Counted from the first letter of the stretch, positions 9,697 through 19,661 are shown. The stretch is 51,308 nt of DNA from an uncultured Deferribacteres bacterium (GCA_964014485.1 CAXHAT010000028.1:1-51308); one strand, 5' to 3'. Numbers and translations: made by a program. Notes: generated from the letters alone by a model not told the origin.

Positions 9697-10710
9697 TTAC
9701 CAATCATTTTCCGGATCGTACGGCGAGGCGTACTGGTCTTCTTCTGCGTCCAATTGCGCTTTTTTTCTGCGATTTCGGAAGTATGAGATAACGACGGCAA
9801 GCAGAAACAGAAGGGGAATAAAAACCCAAAGCAAGGTGTCGAATTCAGCAAGAAACGACCAACGGTACTTACTTTTTAAATAGGCGCGCCACTCGCGTTC
9901 GAATTCCGCGACGGAAAATCCGTAGACTTCCTGGAAAGCGCCGTCTATTCCGCCGCTCTCATTGAGCGCGTTAAGCAAAAGCGGGAAGGCGCTCGCATCA
10001 TATTTTTCCGCCAGGTAGACAACGGCAAAATAGGATTGCTGATAAGCCAGATTTGCCTTGGCGTGGCCAAAAACCAGCATACGTTCGATTTCGCGCAGGG
10101 TGAGAAGTTGATCGTTAAGCTGCGCCTGCGAAATCTTCGTCGCGCCGATGTGTTCAAGGTCACCGGAAAAATAGACGGCCAACCCTTCCGTCAGCCAACG
10201 CGGCACACGTACGTCACGCACGGCGTTGCCGACAAGAATGTGAACCAATTCATGAACGACAACCGTTCGCGGATGATCGCCGATTTGCGACCAGCGCGGT
10301 GATTTTAGGTAAATAATTTGGCGTTTCGGATTAGCGACGGCTTCGCCCCAGTGCGGGATTCCACCTCCGGTCATTTTTGTGAATTGTGCTTGATCCTTCG
10401 TGATGAAAACGCCAATCGGCGCTGAAACGTCTGAACCCAATTCGCGGCTAATCGACGGGTACTCGTCGTGAAGAATGCTCGCAATCGTCGCAGCGTTCAA
10501 GGAATCGTCGACGTGGTGGAAAACATTGAATTTTTCATGCGAGATTGTGCGCCACGGAGCATTTTGAAAACGGGGCGGAAGCGGCGTTTTGTGAGCCGCT
10601 TCCCTCAACGTCTCCTCCAATGCGACGACGGCTGCGCCCGAAAACGCACCTGAACTCAGCGCATTTACTGAAAGCAAAAATGAAAAAGCGGCGGCAAAAA
10701 GAACTTTCAT
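9697..10710 (-). CDS. Peptidase MA-family (gluzincin) metallopeptidase with C-terminal TM helix
   Basis: HELVH...WLTEGLA zinc motif; signal peptide from ATG 10710. Confidence 0.8.
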   Translation of the reverse strand: MKVLFAAAFSFLLSVNALSSGAFSGAAVVALEETLREAAHKTPLPPRFQNAPWRTISHEKFNVFHHVDDSLNAATIASILHDEYPSISRELGSDVSAPIGVFITKDQAQFTKMTGGGIPHWGEAVANPKRQIIYLKSPRWSQIGDHPRTVVVHELVHILVGNAVRDVRVPRWLTEGLAVYFSGDLEHIGATKISQAQLNDQLLTLREIERMLVFGHAKANLAYQQSYFAVVYLAEKYDASAFPLLLNALNESGGIDGAFQEVYGFSVAEFEREWRAYLKSKYRWSFLAEFDTLLWVFIPLLFLLAVVISYFRNRRKKAQLDAEEDQYASPYDPENDW

Positions 10711-10717
10711 TTTCAGC

Positions 10718-11875
10718 TCAAATCCCCTGAAAGCTGTTTTGCAAATCGCGGATAAGATCATCCACGTCTTCAATCCCGACTGAGAGCCGGACAAGCCCGT
10801 CCGAAACGCCGATTTCACGCCGTATTTCCGGCGGGACGCTGGCGTGCGTCATGGACGGCGGGTGGCAGGCAAGGCTCTCCACCCCGCCGAGGCTTTCCGC
10901 CACGGTAAATAGTTTCATCCTTCGCATAATCTTCTGAGCGGTCGCAAAATCTTTCACAAAAAATGTGATCATGCCGCCGGAACCGTAGTTGCCGTACGAC
11001 GTTTTATGCTGCATTTTTGCCAATTCGTGCTGCGGATGCGAAGGTAAGTCCGGATAGACCACATTTTCGATGAACGGCTGTTCCAGCAAGAATTTCGCAA
11101 TGTGCTTGGCATTCTCAGCGTGCGTTTTCATACGCAGGGGCAGCGTTTTTGTGGCGCGCAGCATGAGCCAACAATCGAAGGGGCCGGGTACAGCTCCGGC
11201 GGCGTTCTGCAGCCAGCCGATGCGCTCCGCGAGCTCTTCGTTGTTTGTGACAATAATTCCGCCGACCGTATCGCCATGCCCGTTGATGTACTTCGTCGTG
11301 CTGTGAATCACAATGTCGGCGCCGAATTCGAGCGGTCGCTGGAAATATGGGCTCAGGAAAGTGTTGTCAACGACCATGATCAGGCCGCGATTTTTGCAGA
11401 AGTCGGCAACTTTGCGCAGGTCGGAAAGGACAAGCATGGGATTCGTCGGCGTTTCAATGAAAACCATTTTCGTGTTCGCCGTCACCGCCGCCTGGATATT
11501 TTCGATGTTGCTGGTGTCGACCCAACTTGCGGTCAGACCAAAATTCTGCATGAGCTGAGTGAAAAAACGGTAAGTTCCGCCGTAGACGTTTTTCGTTGAA
11601 ACGATATGATCCCCGGCCTTGAATAGTTGCGCAACGGTCGCGGTCGCCGCCATGCCGCTTGCGAATGCAAAGCCGAATTTTCCGCTTTCAAGCGTAGCGA
11701 TGTTTTGCTCAAAAGCGGCGCGCGTCGGGTTGTGCGTTCTGCCGTACTCAAAACCTTTGTGCTCCCCAGGCCCCGATTGCGCATAGGTTGACGTTTGAAA
11801 TATTGGCGTGGATATGGCGCCGGTCACTTCTTCCGCGCTTTGTCCGGCATGTATGGCGTCGGTTGAAAAGCCCAT
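10718..11875 (-). CDS. Cystathionine gamma-lyase/synthase (PLP-dependent transsulfuration enzyme)
   Basis: YGRTHNPT, FASGMAA, ETPTNP, DNTF, HSTTKYINGH, AESLGGVESL. Confidence 0.9.
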   Translation of the reverse strand: MGFSTDAIHAGQSAEEVTGAISTPIFQTSTYAQSGPGEHKGFEYGRTHNPTRAAFEQNIATLESGKFGFAFASGMAATATVAQLFKAGDHIVSTKNVYGGTYRFFTQLMQNFGLTASWVDTSNIENIQAAVTANTKMVFIETPTNPMLVLSDLRKVADFCKNRGLIMVVDNTFLSPYFQRPLEFGADIVIHSTTKYINGHGDTVGGIIVTNNEELAERIGWLQNAAGAVPGPFDCWLMLRATKTLPLRMKTHAENAKHIAKFLLEQPFIENVVYPDLPSHPQHELAKMQHKTSYGNYGSGGMITFFVKDFATAQKIMRRMKLFTVAESLGGVESLACHPPSMTHASVPPEIRREIGVSDGLVRLSVGIEDVDDLIRDLQNSFQGI

Positions 11876-11889
11876 TTTAAACTCCTTGA

Positions 11890-13263
11890 TTACATCGTCA
11901 AATATGAGATAAGATCAGACTTTGTCAAAATCCCGGATATTTCATTTTGTGCGTTTCGCACGAGAATCGCCGGCGCTCTTTTCCCGAACAGCGCTTTTGC
12001 GTGATCGACGGTCTCGTTTTCGTCGAGGACGGGAAATTTGTCATCCATGATTTTCAGAACGGAGCCGTTTAGCACTTCTTGATTTTCCAGAATTTGTCCC
12101 GTCAAAGTACCTTCCTCAACGCTTCCGACGATTTCTCCGTTTGCGGTGACTGGTGTCTGGGATATGTTGTTCTTTTCCATCAGCGCAAAGGCGTCGCGAA
12201 CGGACGTCTCGGCTTCAACGCTCACCAACGCCGGCAAATCGCCGCTTTTCGCAGCAAGAACGTCATGAATTGTCGTCTGGTCAATTTCGAGAAATCGATT
12301 TTCGCGCATCCATTCTTCGTTGTAAAATGTCGACAAATATCGCGTACCCGTATCTGGCAGGAGAACGACGACTGTCTTATCCGCAGGCAGGTCTTTCGCG
12401 GCTTCGAGCGCAACATGCATGGCAAGGCCGCACGATCCGCCGGTGAAAACGCCTTCCTCGCGCGCCATTCGTCTCGCCATGTGAAAGCACTGTTTGTCGT
12501 TCGCCGAAATGACTTCGTCGATGTAGCTAAAATCAAGCGTACCGGGGATGATGTCTTCGCCCACGCCTTCGACTTTGTAAGGCAGCGCTTCGATCATTCT
12601 GTTTTCGTAAAAGTATGTTTTTAATATGCTTCCAATCGGGTCTGCGCCAATCACCTTGATGTCGGGATTTTTGCTTTTTAGATATTTGGCCGTACCGGAA
12701 ATCGTCCCGCCCGTACCAATGCCCGCGACAAAGTAGTCGATTTTGCCGTCCGTCTGCTCCCAAATTTCCGGCCCTGTTGTTTGAACGTGGGCTTCAGGAT
12801 TTGCCGGGTTTTCATATTGATTTGCGAGTATGGCATTCGGCGTTTCGCGCGCCAGTTTTTTGGCAACTTCGTAGTAACTCTCCGGCGATTCCGGCGGCAC
12901 CGCGGTCGGACAAACGACCACTTCCGAACCAAACGCTTTCAAAAATCGAATCTTTTCTGAACTCATTTTGTCCGGCATGGTGAAAATTGTCTTATAGCCT
13001 CGCACGGCGGCAATCAAAGCCAGTCCGGCTCCAGTGTTCCCGGAGGTCGCCTCAACGATGGTTCCGCCAGGCTTCAGGCGACCCGATTTTTCGGCTTCTT
13101 CAATAATTGAAAGAGCCACGCGATCTTTGACTGAGCCGCCCGGGTTGAAAGATTCGACTTTTGCAAGAATAGTAGCATTTAAGCCGCGTGATATTTTGTT
13201 GAGCCGAATGAGGGGGGAGTTGCCGATTGCATCAATAATGGAGTCGTAGATTTTAGGGGTCAT
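11890..13263 (-). CDS. Cystathionine beta-synthase with C-terminal CBS domains
   Basis: NPGGSVKDR, EATSGNTG, GIGTGGT, YKVEGVGED; CBS pair at the C-terminus; adjacent to the gamma-lyase. Confidence 0.9.
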   Translation of the reverse strand: MTPKIYDSIIDAIGNSPLIRLNKISRGLNATILAKVESFNPGGSVKDRVALSIIEEAEKSGRLKPGGTIVEATSGNTGAGLALIAAVRGYKTIFTMPDKMSSEKIRFLKAFGSEVVVCPTAVPPESPESYYEVAKKLARETPNAILANQYENPANPEAHVQTTGPEIWEQTDGKIDYFVAGIGTGGTISGTAKYLKSKNPDIKVIGADPIGSILKTYFYENRMIEALPYKVEGVGEDIIPGTLDFSYIDEVISANDKQCFHMARRMAREEGVFTGGSCGLAMHVALEAAKDLPADKTVVVLLPDTGTRYLSTFYNEEWMRENRFLEIDQTTIHDVLAAKSGDLPALVSVEAETSVRDAFALMEKNNISQTPVTANGEIVGSVEEGTLTGQILENQEVLNGSVLKIMDDKFPVLDENETVDHAKALFGKRAPAILVRNAQNEISGILTKSDLISYLTM

Positions 13264-13295
13264 GGTACTCTCACTTTTTTAAGTCAGGATAACTC

Positions 13296-13334
13296 AAAAA
13301 AACAAAAAGGCCGCTGTTACAACAACAGCAGCCT
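13296..13334 (-). terminator. Intrinsic terminator after the pseudo-receiver operon
   Basis: Minus strand AGGCTGCTGTT-loop-AACAGCGGCCT followed by a U-rich tract. Confidence 0.7.
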
Positions 13335-13363
13335 CGGGCTGATTCCGACAAAAATCGTTGAAA

Positions 13364-13843
13364 CTATTTTGATCGCAAAATGATGGAGTCGACAAGCGTG
13401 AGCAAAACCTTTTTTACACTGGCGGGATCGTTCACGTTACAAAATGTAAAAACGCCCTTTTTTTCTATTGGGAATCCGTTTTGAAATATCTTTGCTGGTA
13501 CGGGCGCGCTGGAATCGGAATGCCCGGCAACGATTATGGTGGAATCGTACTTGGAATTTATCTCATCCACGAGTTTCTGTGTTTGGCGAAATGAGTTTGA
13601 GTCGCCCCATTTGAAGATCGTGATGTAGCCCATGAGTTTTGGCGCGATTAAGTCCCACGACATGCTCTCAACTTCTGACGGCAGAGCAATTCCGTAGAGG
13701 TGAATCACAAATTGCTTATTGACAAAAAATTGCCCAAACGTCAACGTGTTGTTTATGATTTCCACCGAGTGCGCCATTGATTCGATGAATTGTCTTTTCT
13801 CATCGGAATCCGGCCCGACAATTGCGATTTCTCCAATCCGCAT
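13364..13843 (-). CDS. Degenerate MglA/ATP_bind_1-like small GTPase-fold protein
   Basis: IAIVGPDSDEKRQF (P-loop position), LTFG, IHLYG, WDLIAPKLMGYI align by eye with the small-GTPase pattern, but GKT and G3 are altered. Confidence 0.6.
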   Translation of the reverse strand: MRIGEIAIVGPDSDEKRQFIESMAHSVEIINNTLTFGQFFVNKQFVIHLYGIALPSEVESMSWDLIAPKLMGYITIFKWGDSNSFRQTQKLVDEINSKYDSTIIVAGHSDSSAPVPAKIFQNGFPIEKKGVFTFCNVNDPASVKKVLLTLVDSIILRSK

Positions 13844-15072
13844 TATGCTTGCGCCTTGTTGTGTTCATCGTTGACTGTAGAAAGCAATTTTTCTCGCAGC
13901 ATAACGAGCTCAGTTTTGTTCAACCGAATCTCCGGATCGTGTTCTACCCGAGATCGTCTGTCGCCGCTTCTGCGGTCGTTTCGACGCCGTTCAAGGCCGC
14001 CCTTGCCAAAATTGTCAGCTTTCTCAGGTTTTCTCAGTAAGCCTGAGAAAACGTTTTCAACAACGAGCGTGCGACGCTTGCCGTTTTGGGCTTCGCGTGA
14101 AAACTTTTCAAGCTTGGCTTCTTGTAAAATATGGTTTTGCGCCGGCGCTTCGACGATTTTGCCTTTATCGAAAAGCGATTTGAGCAGCCTTAAAGCCTTC
14201 AAATCATCAAACTCGCTGTCCTCGATGAGATTGATCAAACTTTTGCCGCCGTTCAATCCCTCAAAAATTTGCCACTCATCACGCGTCACGTCAGCGTCCG
14301 TCGCTGAAGCTGCGGCCATAGCTATCGAGTTCAAAGGAGGTAGTTCATTGGCAAGTTGCGCCCAGCGATATTGTCTCGTCATGCCTTCGGAAGCGAGTTC
14401 GCGCGTCGTGGTAAAAATTCGTTTTGGCGAAGTATGGCTTTTCATTTCAACCGAGAAATACCCTTCGCTCCAAGTGAACATTCTCATCAACGCTTCCTTG
14501 GGCTCATCGTCCCTCAGGGCGGCGTCAACAACTTCACCGTCAGAAATAAAAACTTGCCCTTCTTTGCCTGAATGATGCAATTTGATGACGCCGGTCTTTT
14601 TCCCGACTTCCAACGTTTGAATGAGGTCGACCAGGTTCATCTCTGAGAGAGAACCATTAAATCCGCCCGCCCTTGCAGGGGCTTTTTCGGCGGCCCTTCG
14701 CACTTCGCGAAGGAGAATTTCTATGCGGGCAATCGCTTCTTCGAGATCATATGGCTTGTAAATGAAATCATCGACGTCCAGCCCTAAGACGGAAAGCCTT
14801 TCATCTACGGTTCTGGGGCTGCCGGAGGCGATAATCGGCGTCAATTTGAAATTTTCGTTTGAGCGAATTTCTTCAACTAAAGACGCTAAATTGATGTCAG
14901 GCGTTTTGGTTTCGATGATAATGAGATCCGGGGAGCTGGACTTGAAGCAATCGAGGATTTCGCTTTTTTGCCGAGCTTTGCAAACCTCGAATCCCGAAGC
15001 GATGAGCGCTTTGCGAAACTCTTGCGCATCTTGTTCGATGTGGTCAACTAAGAGGATTTTCTTCCGTGCCAT
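13843..15072 (-). CDS. Atypical receiver plus DUF4388 (PATAN-like) domain protein
   Basis: Receiver fold with PDLIIIE (Glu at the phospho-Asp site); FNGSLSEMNLVDLIQTLEVGKKTG is a DUF4388 signature. Confidence 0.8.
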   Translation of the reverse strand: MARKKILLVDHIEQDAQEFRKALIASGFEVCKARQKSEILDCFKSSSPDLIIIETKTPDINLASLVEEIRSNENFKLTPIIASGSPRTVDERLSVLGLDVDDFIYKPYDLEEAIARIEILLREVRRAAEKAPARAGGFNGSLSEMNLVDLIQTLEVGKKTGVIKLHHSGKEGQVFISDGEVVDAALRDDEPKEALMRMFTWSEGYFSVEMKSHTSPKRIFTTTRELASEGMTRQYRWAQLANELPPLNSIAMAAASATDADVTRDEWQIFEGLNGGKSLINLIEDSEFDDLKALRLLKSLFDKGKIVEAPAQNHILQEAKLEKFSREAQNGKRRTLVVENVFSGLLRKPEKADNFGKGGLERRRNDRRSGDRRSRVEHDPEIRLNKTELVMLREKLLSTVNDEHNKAQA

Positions 15073-15083
15073 GGTTCCAGCCT

Positions 15084-17954
15084 TTATGAAGCAGAAGAAT
15101 GTGGTTGCGAGCGGCTCTTATGAAGCATTGTTTCTAAGAAGCCCGCAATATTCCGCCGTTTGCTCAAATCGAGATATTCGACATGTTCAGAAGCTTCGAG
15201 CGAAAGCATGTCGATGAATGTTTCCGGGGAGAAATTACGCTTTCCTTTTGCGCGAATCAACGCTACGCTGCAAGGTTTATCATATTTTTCTTTTAATGAC
15301 GACATGAGATAGCGCAAGTAAGGCAGCTTGTCTTTCGCTGATGCATCGATTAAAAGCACATAGCCTGCAAGGTTTGCGGCCATGTTATCAAGCAGTTTGG
15401 TGAATTGTTGCTCCATCGAGACGCCGATGACGCTCAACTTTTCACCGTTTTTGAGCGACTTGTCGCCCATCGCAAGAAAGCTAAAAACTTTGCTGTCCAC
15501 TTCCTTTAAGGGCGCTTCATCCAGGATTGCGCCGGCGAATTTTTGAATATCGTTCTTGTTCATCCCTATGAGCGCCAACCGGGCCGGTTTTGCGACTTCC
15601 GCTGCAAGCTTTTCGAAAATTACATCTGTTTCGTCTGACGCTGCGGGTTCTGGTTGATCGGTGCGCCTTGGCTGTAACGGCGGCGGAGTAGCAGGAGTTG
15701 GGCTTGGAGGAGGCGTAGAAATTGGCTCAGCGCGTTTTTCCGTCGGCTCAATTTTGGATTGAGCCAAAAAATCCTGATCAGAAGATGGTGCAGGTGTTTC
15801 GTCTGCTGCTGCGGGCTTTGGCTGTCTGGCGCGCGTCGGCTGTATCGGAGACGGAGGCTGAGCAGGAATAGTTGGCTCAGCGCGTTCTTCCGTAGGCTCA
15901 ATTCTGGTCTGTGCTAGAAAATCCAGATCCGAGAATGACGCAGGCGAAAACGGCGGCGGTTCTTCGGCGTTTTCAATTTTTGACTGTAACGGTTCCAGCG
16001 CCGGCGGCTCCGGCGACGTGATCGGTTGCGCCGACGAGAAAGGCTCTTGCTCTTGAGCGGCCGACTTTGTAGGCCTCGGTTCTTCCCTGTCCGGTTGCGT
16101 TGTTGTTGTACGATTTTCTGGCTTTGATGACTGGATGCGATCTCCAGGCGCGCCGTAGCTCCGCAAAGGGAAAGATTGCAAGTTGCTCGGACGGTCTACA
16201 CTTGGTTCCGACTCCAGTGGAGCTTCAGTTTGCTCCGATTTGGGTTCTTCTATTTCGTCAATGTCGACAAAATTGGGAAGCGGGGGTTCTATGATCGTTG
16301 GAGGCTGCAGGTCGTCGCTGCTTGCCTCAATGTTTTTGATGATTGGTTTTTGGAATTCCTTGGTGTCCTGGAATTTTGCCAACGCTTCAAGAATATCAAG
16401 GTTGGGTCGAAACTCGAAGTCGCTCATTGGTTCGGGTATCGAATCGAAGCCTTGGAATATTGCAGACTGGCCGGTATCGTCAGAGTAGCCGCCGGCTGAA
16501 GGCTGCGCATCTTGAATAGAAAATTCGTCAGGCTCATCCGGAAGGTTGGGCGCGGGTTTGCCCGCCTTATTATTAAATAAAGCTTTAGCAAAAACAGCCT
16601 CATCCTCGGCGTCTTTTTGGTCAAGACGTTCAAGCGGATTCAGTTCGTTTTCCGGCTGTTTTATTTCAGGCGCAGGGGTGGAAGCTTCTTCAATTTCGAA
16701 AGGATCGGAGATGCTGAACGGCGCCGGGATTTCTTCAGTTTTTTCTTCATCTTGCTCGCCGTCCGCGTCGGGCGGATTGTAAGCGTCTTCCAGGTCGTTG
16801 CCATTCTCTCTCGCCGCAATCGAAGAAGGCTGCGAATGCGGCTCCGAAGGTTTGCTAAGCAAATCGCTGGAGAAAAAATGACTGGTCTCAATTTGATTTG
16901 AGCCGGAAATTGCTAAATGATCATCTGCATCCGCGCCAACCTCATTGATAGTCTGTTCTTCGACGCCAACATCCGTAATTTTTATTTCCGTCGTTTTGTG
17001 GTCTGAGGCGGTTCCGGGAATGATGAAATTTTGTTGGTATAATTTAACGAGGCGTTCAAGGGTTTTGAGATCGTCAAACAGACTTTCATCAATCAATTGC
17101 AGAATGTCTCGCCGTCCGTCTATCAGTGAAATAAATTTGGCGGTTTCGGCGTTAAAACTTTGTTTTTCAATCATTTTCCGAAAAACGCCGGTTAGGACGA
17201 AGGTCGTTTCCGGGGAAGGCAGTTGGCGAAATAATTTTTCCCGAAGCTCCATGCGCTTAAAACCATGGAGCAAGAGACCGAGATTGCTGACCGAGATCGA
17301 AGTCTGCACGTTTACATCTTTAAAGGTCATGATAAACCGGCCAGGTCGCCAGGGGAGCATTTGATAGACTGCTTTTTCCGCCCGCAACGTTCCTAAAGCG
17401 GCGTGCACAACCGCGCCGTTGCTAAAGTAAATCTCGCCGTTCCGATTATTTTCGTTATAGATTTGCAACACGCCGGTTTTGCGTTCAACCCCAAAATTCT
17501 CAATTAAATCGATCACGCTGTGTTCTTCGAGCTTGCCGACGAGCTTTTTGCTTTGTTCCGGCTCTTCTTGCTTCACCTTTGACATTCTGCGCAAAATCAT
17601 CCTGACGCGCGCCACAACCTCTTTCACGTGAAGCGGTTTGATCATATAATCTTTAACGCCGCCGCGTAAGCTGCGAACTCGATCTTGCAAAGCTCGCTTG
17701 TTTGTGAGAAAGACAAGGGGAATGGTCGAAGTGGCGGATTCGCTTTTCAGTTTTTCAAGAAGCCCAAAGCCGTCTAGTTCGGGGACGTCAACCTCTGAAA
17801 GCACTAATTCCGGCATTTCTTCTAGAGCGATTTCCCATGCTTGAGAACCGGTCGAAGCCGTAAGAACTGTGAAGTCGGCGGCTTCCAGGCTTTCCTGCAA
17901 AATTCGAAGGTTTTTATCGTCTGAGTCAACGACGAGGATGACAGGGCTTTCCAT
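15084..17954 (-). CDS. Atypical receiver, DUF4388, long acidic/Pro-rich linker and C-terminal GTPase-like domain
   Basis: PELVLSEVDVPELDG receiver; GKLEEHSVIDLIENFGVERKTG; C-terminal LALIG...AGYVLLIDAS. Confidence 0.78.
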   Translation of the reverse strand: MESPVILVVDSDDKNLRILQESLEAADFTVLTASTGSQAWEIALEEMPELVLSEVDVPELDGFGLLEKLKSESATSTIPLVFLTNKRALQDRVRSLRGGVKDYMIKPLHVKEVVARVRMILRRMSKVKQEEPEQSKKLVGKLEEHSVIDLIENFGVERKTGVLQIYNENNRNGEIYFSNGAVVHAALGTLRAEKAVYQMLPWRPGRFIMTFKDVNVQTSISVSNLGLLLHGFKRMELREKLFRQLPSPETTFVLTGVFRKMIEKQSFNAETAKFISLIDGRRDILQLIDESLFDDLKTLERLVKLYQQNFIIPGTASDHKTTEIKITDVGVEEQTINEVGADADDHLAISGSNQIETSHFFSSDLLSKPSEPHSQPSSIAARENGNDLEDAYNPPDADGEQDEEKTEEIPAPFSISDPFEIEEASTPAPEIKQPENELNPLERLDQKDAEDEAVFAKALFNNKAGKPAPNLPDEPDEFSIQDAQPSAGGYSDDTGQSAIFQGFDSIPEPMSDFEFRPNLDILEALAKFQDTKEFQKPIIKNIEASSDDLQPPTIIEPPLPNFVDIDEIEEPKSEQTEAPLESEPSVDRPSNLQSFPLRSYGAPGDRIQSSKPENRTTTTQPDREEPRPTKSAAQEQEPFSSAQPITSPEPPALEPLQSKIENAEEPPPFSPASFSDLDFLAQTRIEPTEERAEPTIPAQPPSPIQPTRARQPKPAAADETPAPSSDQDFLAQSKIEPTEKRAEPISTPPPSPTPATPPPLQPRRTDQPEPAASDETDVIFEKLAAEVAKPARLALIGMNKNDIQKFAGAILDEAPLKEVDSKVFSFLAMGDKSLKNGEKLSVIGVSMEQQFTKLLDNMAANLAGYVLLIDASAKDKLPYLRYLMSSLKEKYDKPCSVALIRAKGKRNFSPETFIDMLSLEASEHVEYLDLSKRRNIAGFLETMLHKSRSQPHSSAS
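15721..15930. repeat. Intragenic direct repeat at 150-bp spacing (DFLAQxxIEPTExRAEP twice)
   Basis: 15721-15780 and 15871-15930 are near-identical. Confidence 0.8.
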
Positions 17955-17998
17955 AAGCGGTAATGGGATTTAGGAGGGTTAAACAATATGCAAATGAA

Positions 17999-18027
17999 AT
18001 TATAACCAAAAAAGGATCATCAGTCAA
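17999..18027 (-). promoter_or_regulatory. sigma70-type promoter of the pseudo-receiver operon
   Basis: TTGACT-17 nt-TATAAT, about 45 nt upstream of ATG 17954. Confidence 0.75.
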
Positions 18028-18100
18028 GCGCAAAGTTCTTGCGAAGACAAGCGAAATGATGGCGCGTTTCCGCGCCTTTTCGAGGCTAAAACAGGCAGGA

Positions 18101-18140
18101 AAAGAAAAGAAAAAGCGCGGTCGCTTACGACCGCACTTTT
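18101..18140 (-). terminator. Intrinsic terminator overlapping the stop codon of the anti-sigma-like gene
   Basis: AAAAGTGCGGTCG-TAAG-CGACCGCGCTTTT followed by TCTTTTCTTT. Confidence 0.7.
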
Positions 18141-18385
18141 TCAGAAATCGAATTTACAAAATCGATTACTTTTGGCGAACAAGCTTCTGACATTTCCTGT
18201 TCCAGGATCGCGTAGAAAAGCTCCAGTCGCCGGACGGTTTTCCGGCAAGATTCGCAAACAACCAAATGTTGCTCTATTGTTTTGAAAGCAACCGGGTGGC
18301 GGTTTGCGCGCAGAAGGATTTTCTCTAAACTTTCCGAATCAGGGCAGTTGATTGGAAATCGTCTAAGCCGATTTTCATGAGTCAT
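18125..18385 (-). CDS. Small zinc-finger anti-sigma-like (zf-HC2) protein
   Basis: CP...HLVVCESCR, i.e. the HxxxCxxC motif. Confidence 0.65.
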   Translation of the reverse strand: MTHENRLRRFPINCPDSESLEKILLRANRHPVAFKTIEQHLVVCESCRKTVRRLELFYAILEQEMSEACSPKVIDFVNSISEKVRS

Positions 18386-18468
18386 AGATTTACGCACACA
18401 CTTAACTTACACGTCAGATTTATCTTACAACCCGATAATACAGACATATAAGTGAAATGGCGTAAAAA

Positions 18469-19587
18469 TTATAGCAAATCTTTCAAATACTCACGGAACC
18501 ACTTTTTTGTAAGCTTGCCAAGATATTCGAAAATCGTTCTTTCTTCTCGGCGATATTGCTTTTGCGTCAGTTCCGGCATGTATTTCCGCAGGTGTCTAAA
18601 ATAACTTTCTATTTTTTTGCTATGTGTGATATCGTCAAGCACGTCCGCTAGAGTCGAGTAGTAAATGTCGCCCTTTTCCAGGCTGATTTTGCCCGATGCA
18701 ACATATTGATTCTGGATTTTGGCCCGAATCTTTGTAAGCACATCCTTCTTCGCACGATCAATTTCCTGCATCCTGACATAATCAAGCGGAGACAGTTCTT
18801 CTATTTGCGCCAAAAGACGGCTTCTTACAATTTCAAGATTGGTGTGGCGGATTAATCTGGCCACTATGTCCGTCGGAAGACAATTTTGAAATTTCTCTTC
18901 TTCGAAAACAACGCTCAGCATTTTGCGAATGCTGGTCGAAACATGATCTTTGGGATTGTATTGATCGAGATATTGACTGCGAAGGGATTTTTCAGGAATG
19001 GTTGGCTTGTCTCTACGAAAATGCTCGTCATCGATGGGTAAAACTTCAGGCTCAACTTCGTCAGATTCATCATATTGAGCCAGGGCCAACGCTTCTGCAA
19101 CTTCTGCTGGCTGAGCGTAAATATATTCCCGGCCCATTTCTCTAAATGTTCCGAGATCGCCGGCGTTCTTAACGGCGACGCGAATGTTGCGAATGATTTT
19201 TGCGCCTTCCGGATCGCGTTCCTTAAAGATGCGCGAAAGTTCTTGCTTGGTCTTTTTGATAACAAGCCGACGAAGGAGAACAAGAAAGTCAACATCGTCT
19301 GAAATTGGCTGTTCTTGAATATGCGGCTCAAAATATCTTTTCAATTGAACGAATTCGTCATTTTCGTTTCGCATGAAAAGTCCGGCTACGCAATCGATTG
19401 CCATATCTTCCAGTTCGGTGCTGCGCTGACGGCGTTCCCACCGAATGTGTTTTCCGATGACTTCCTGGTATTTCAGATAGCTTAGCGAGATTTTTTGGAC
19501 AAGATTGACAAAAGCTTGCAGTTCCTGCTGAGTATACTCGCCGGAACAGATTTTTGGAATCGCGACGCGTAAGTTTTTGTTGTTCAT
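18469..19587 (-). CDS. Hypothetical protein, possibly a divergent sigma-factor-like regulator
   Basis: 372-aa helical, charged ORF; N-terminal LEDMAIDCVAGLF resembles ECF region 2; followed by a zf-HC2 gene. Confidence 0.6.
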   Translation of the reverse strand: MNNKNLRVAIPKICSGEYTQQELQAFVNLVQKISLSYLKYQEVIGKHIRWERRQRSTELEDMAIDCVAGLFMRNENDEFVQLKRYFEPHIQEQPISDDVDFLVLLRRLVIKKTKQELSRIFKERDPEGAKIIRNIRVAVKNAGDLGTFREMGREYIYAQPAEVAEALALAQYDESDEVEPEVLPIDDEHFRRDKPTIPEKSLRSQYLDQYNPKDHVSTSIRKMLSVVFEEEKFQNCLPTDIVARLIRHTNLEIVRSRLLAQIEELSPLDYVRMQEIDRAKKDVLTKIRAKIQNQYVASGKISLEKGDIYYSTLADVLDDITHSKKIESYFRHLRKYMPELTQKQYRREERTIFEYLGKLTKKWFREYLKDLL

Positions 19588-19646
19588 GTTTTCGTTTCTC
19601 AAAGCTGCGTTAGTTTCCCCTTTACGAATTATCATTTTGACCTTTG

Positions 19647-19661
19647 GCAAACTCCATACCA
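19647..19661 (-). promoter_or_regulatory. sigma54 -24/-12 promoter
   Basis: TGGTATG-GAGT-TTGC (GG-N10-GC), 60 nt upstream of ATG 19587. Confidence 0.7.

Noticed and set aside
10718..13263. Link between the CBS/gamma-lyase pair and the Met/Cys leaders
   Set aside because: 33 kb apart, with no leader peptide upstream of CBS; an ordinary reverse-transsulfuration pair.
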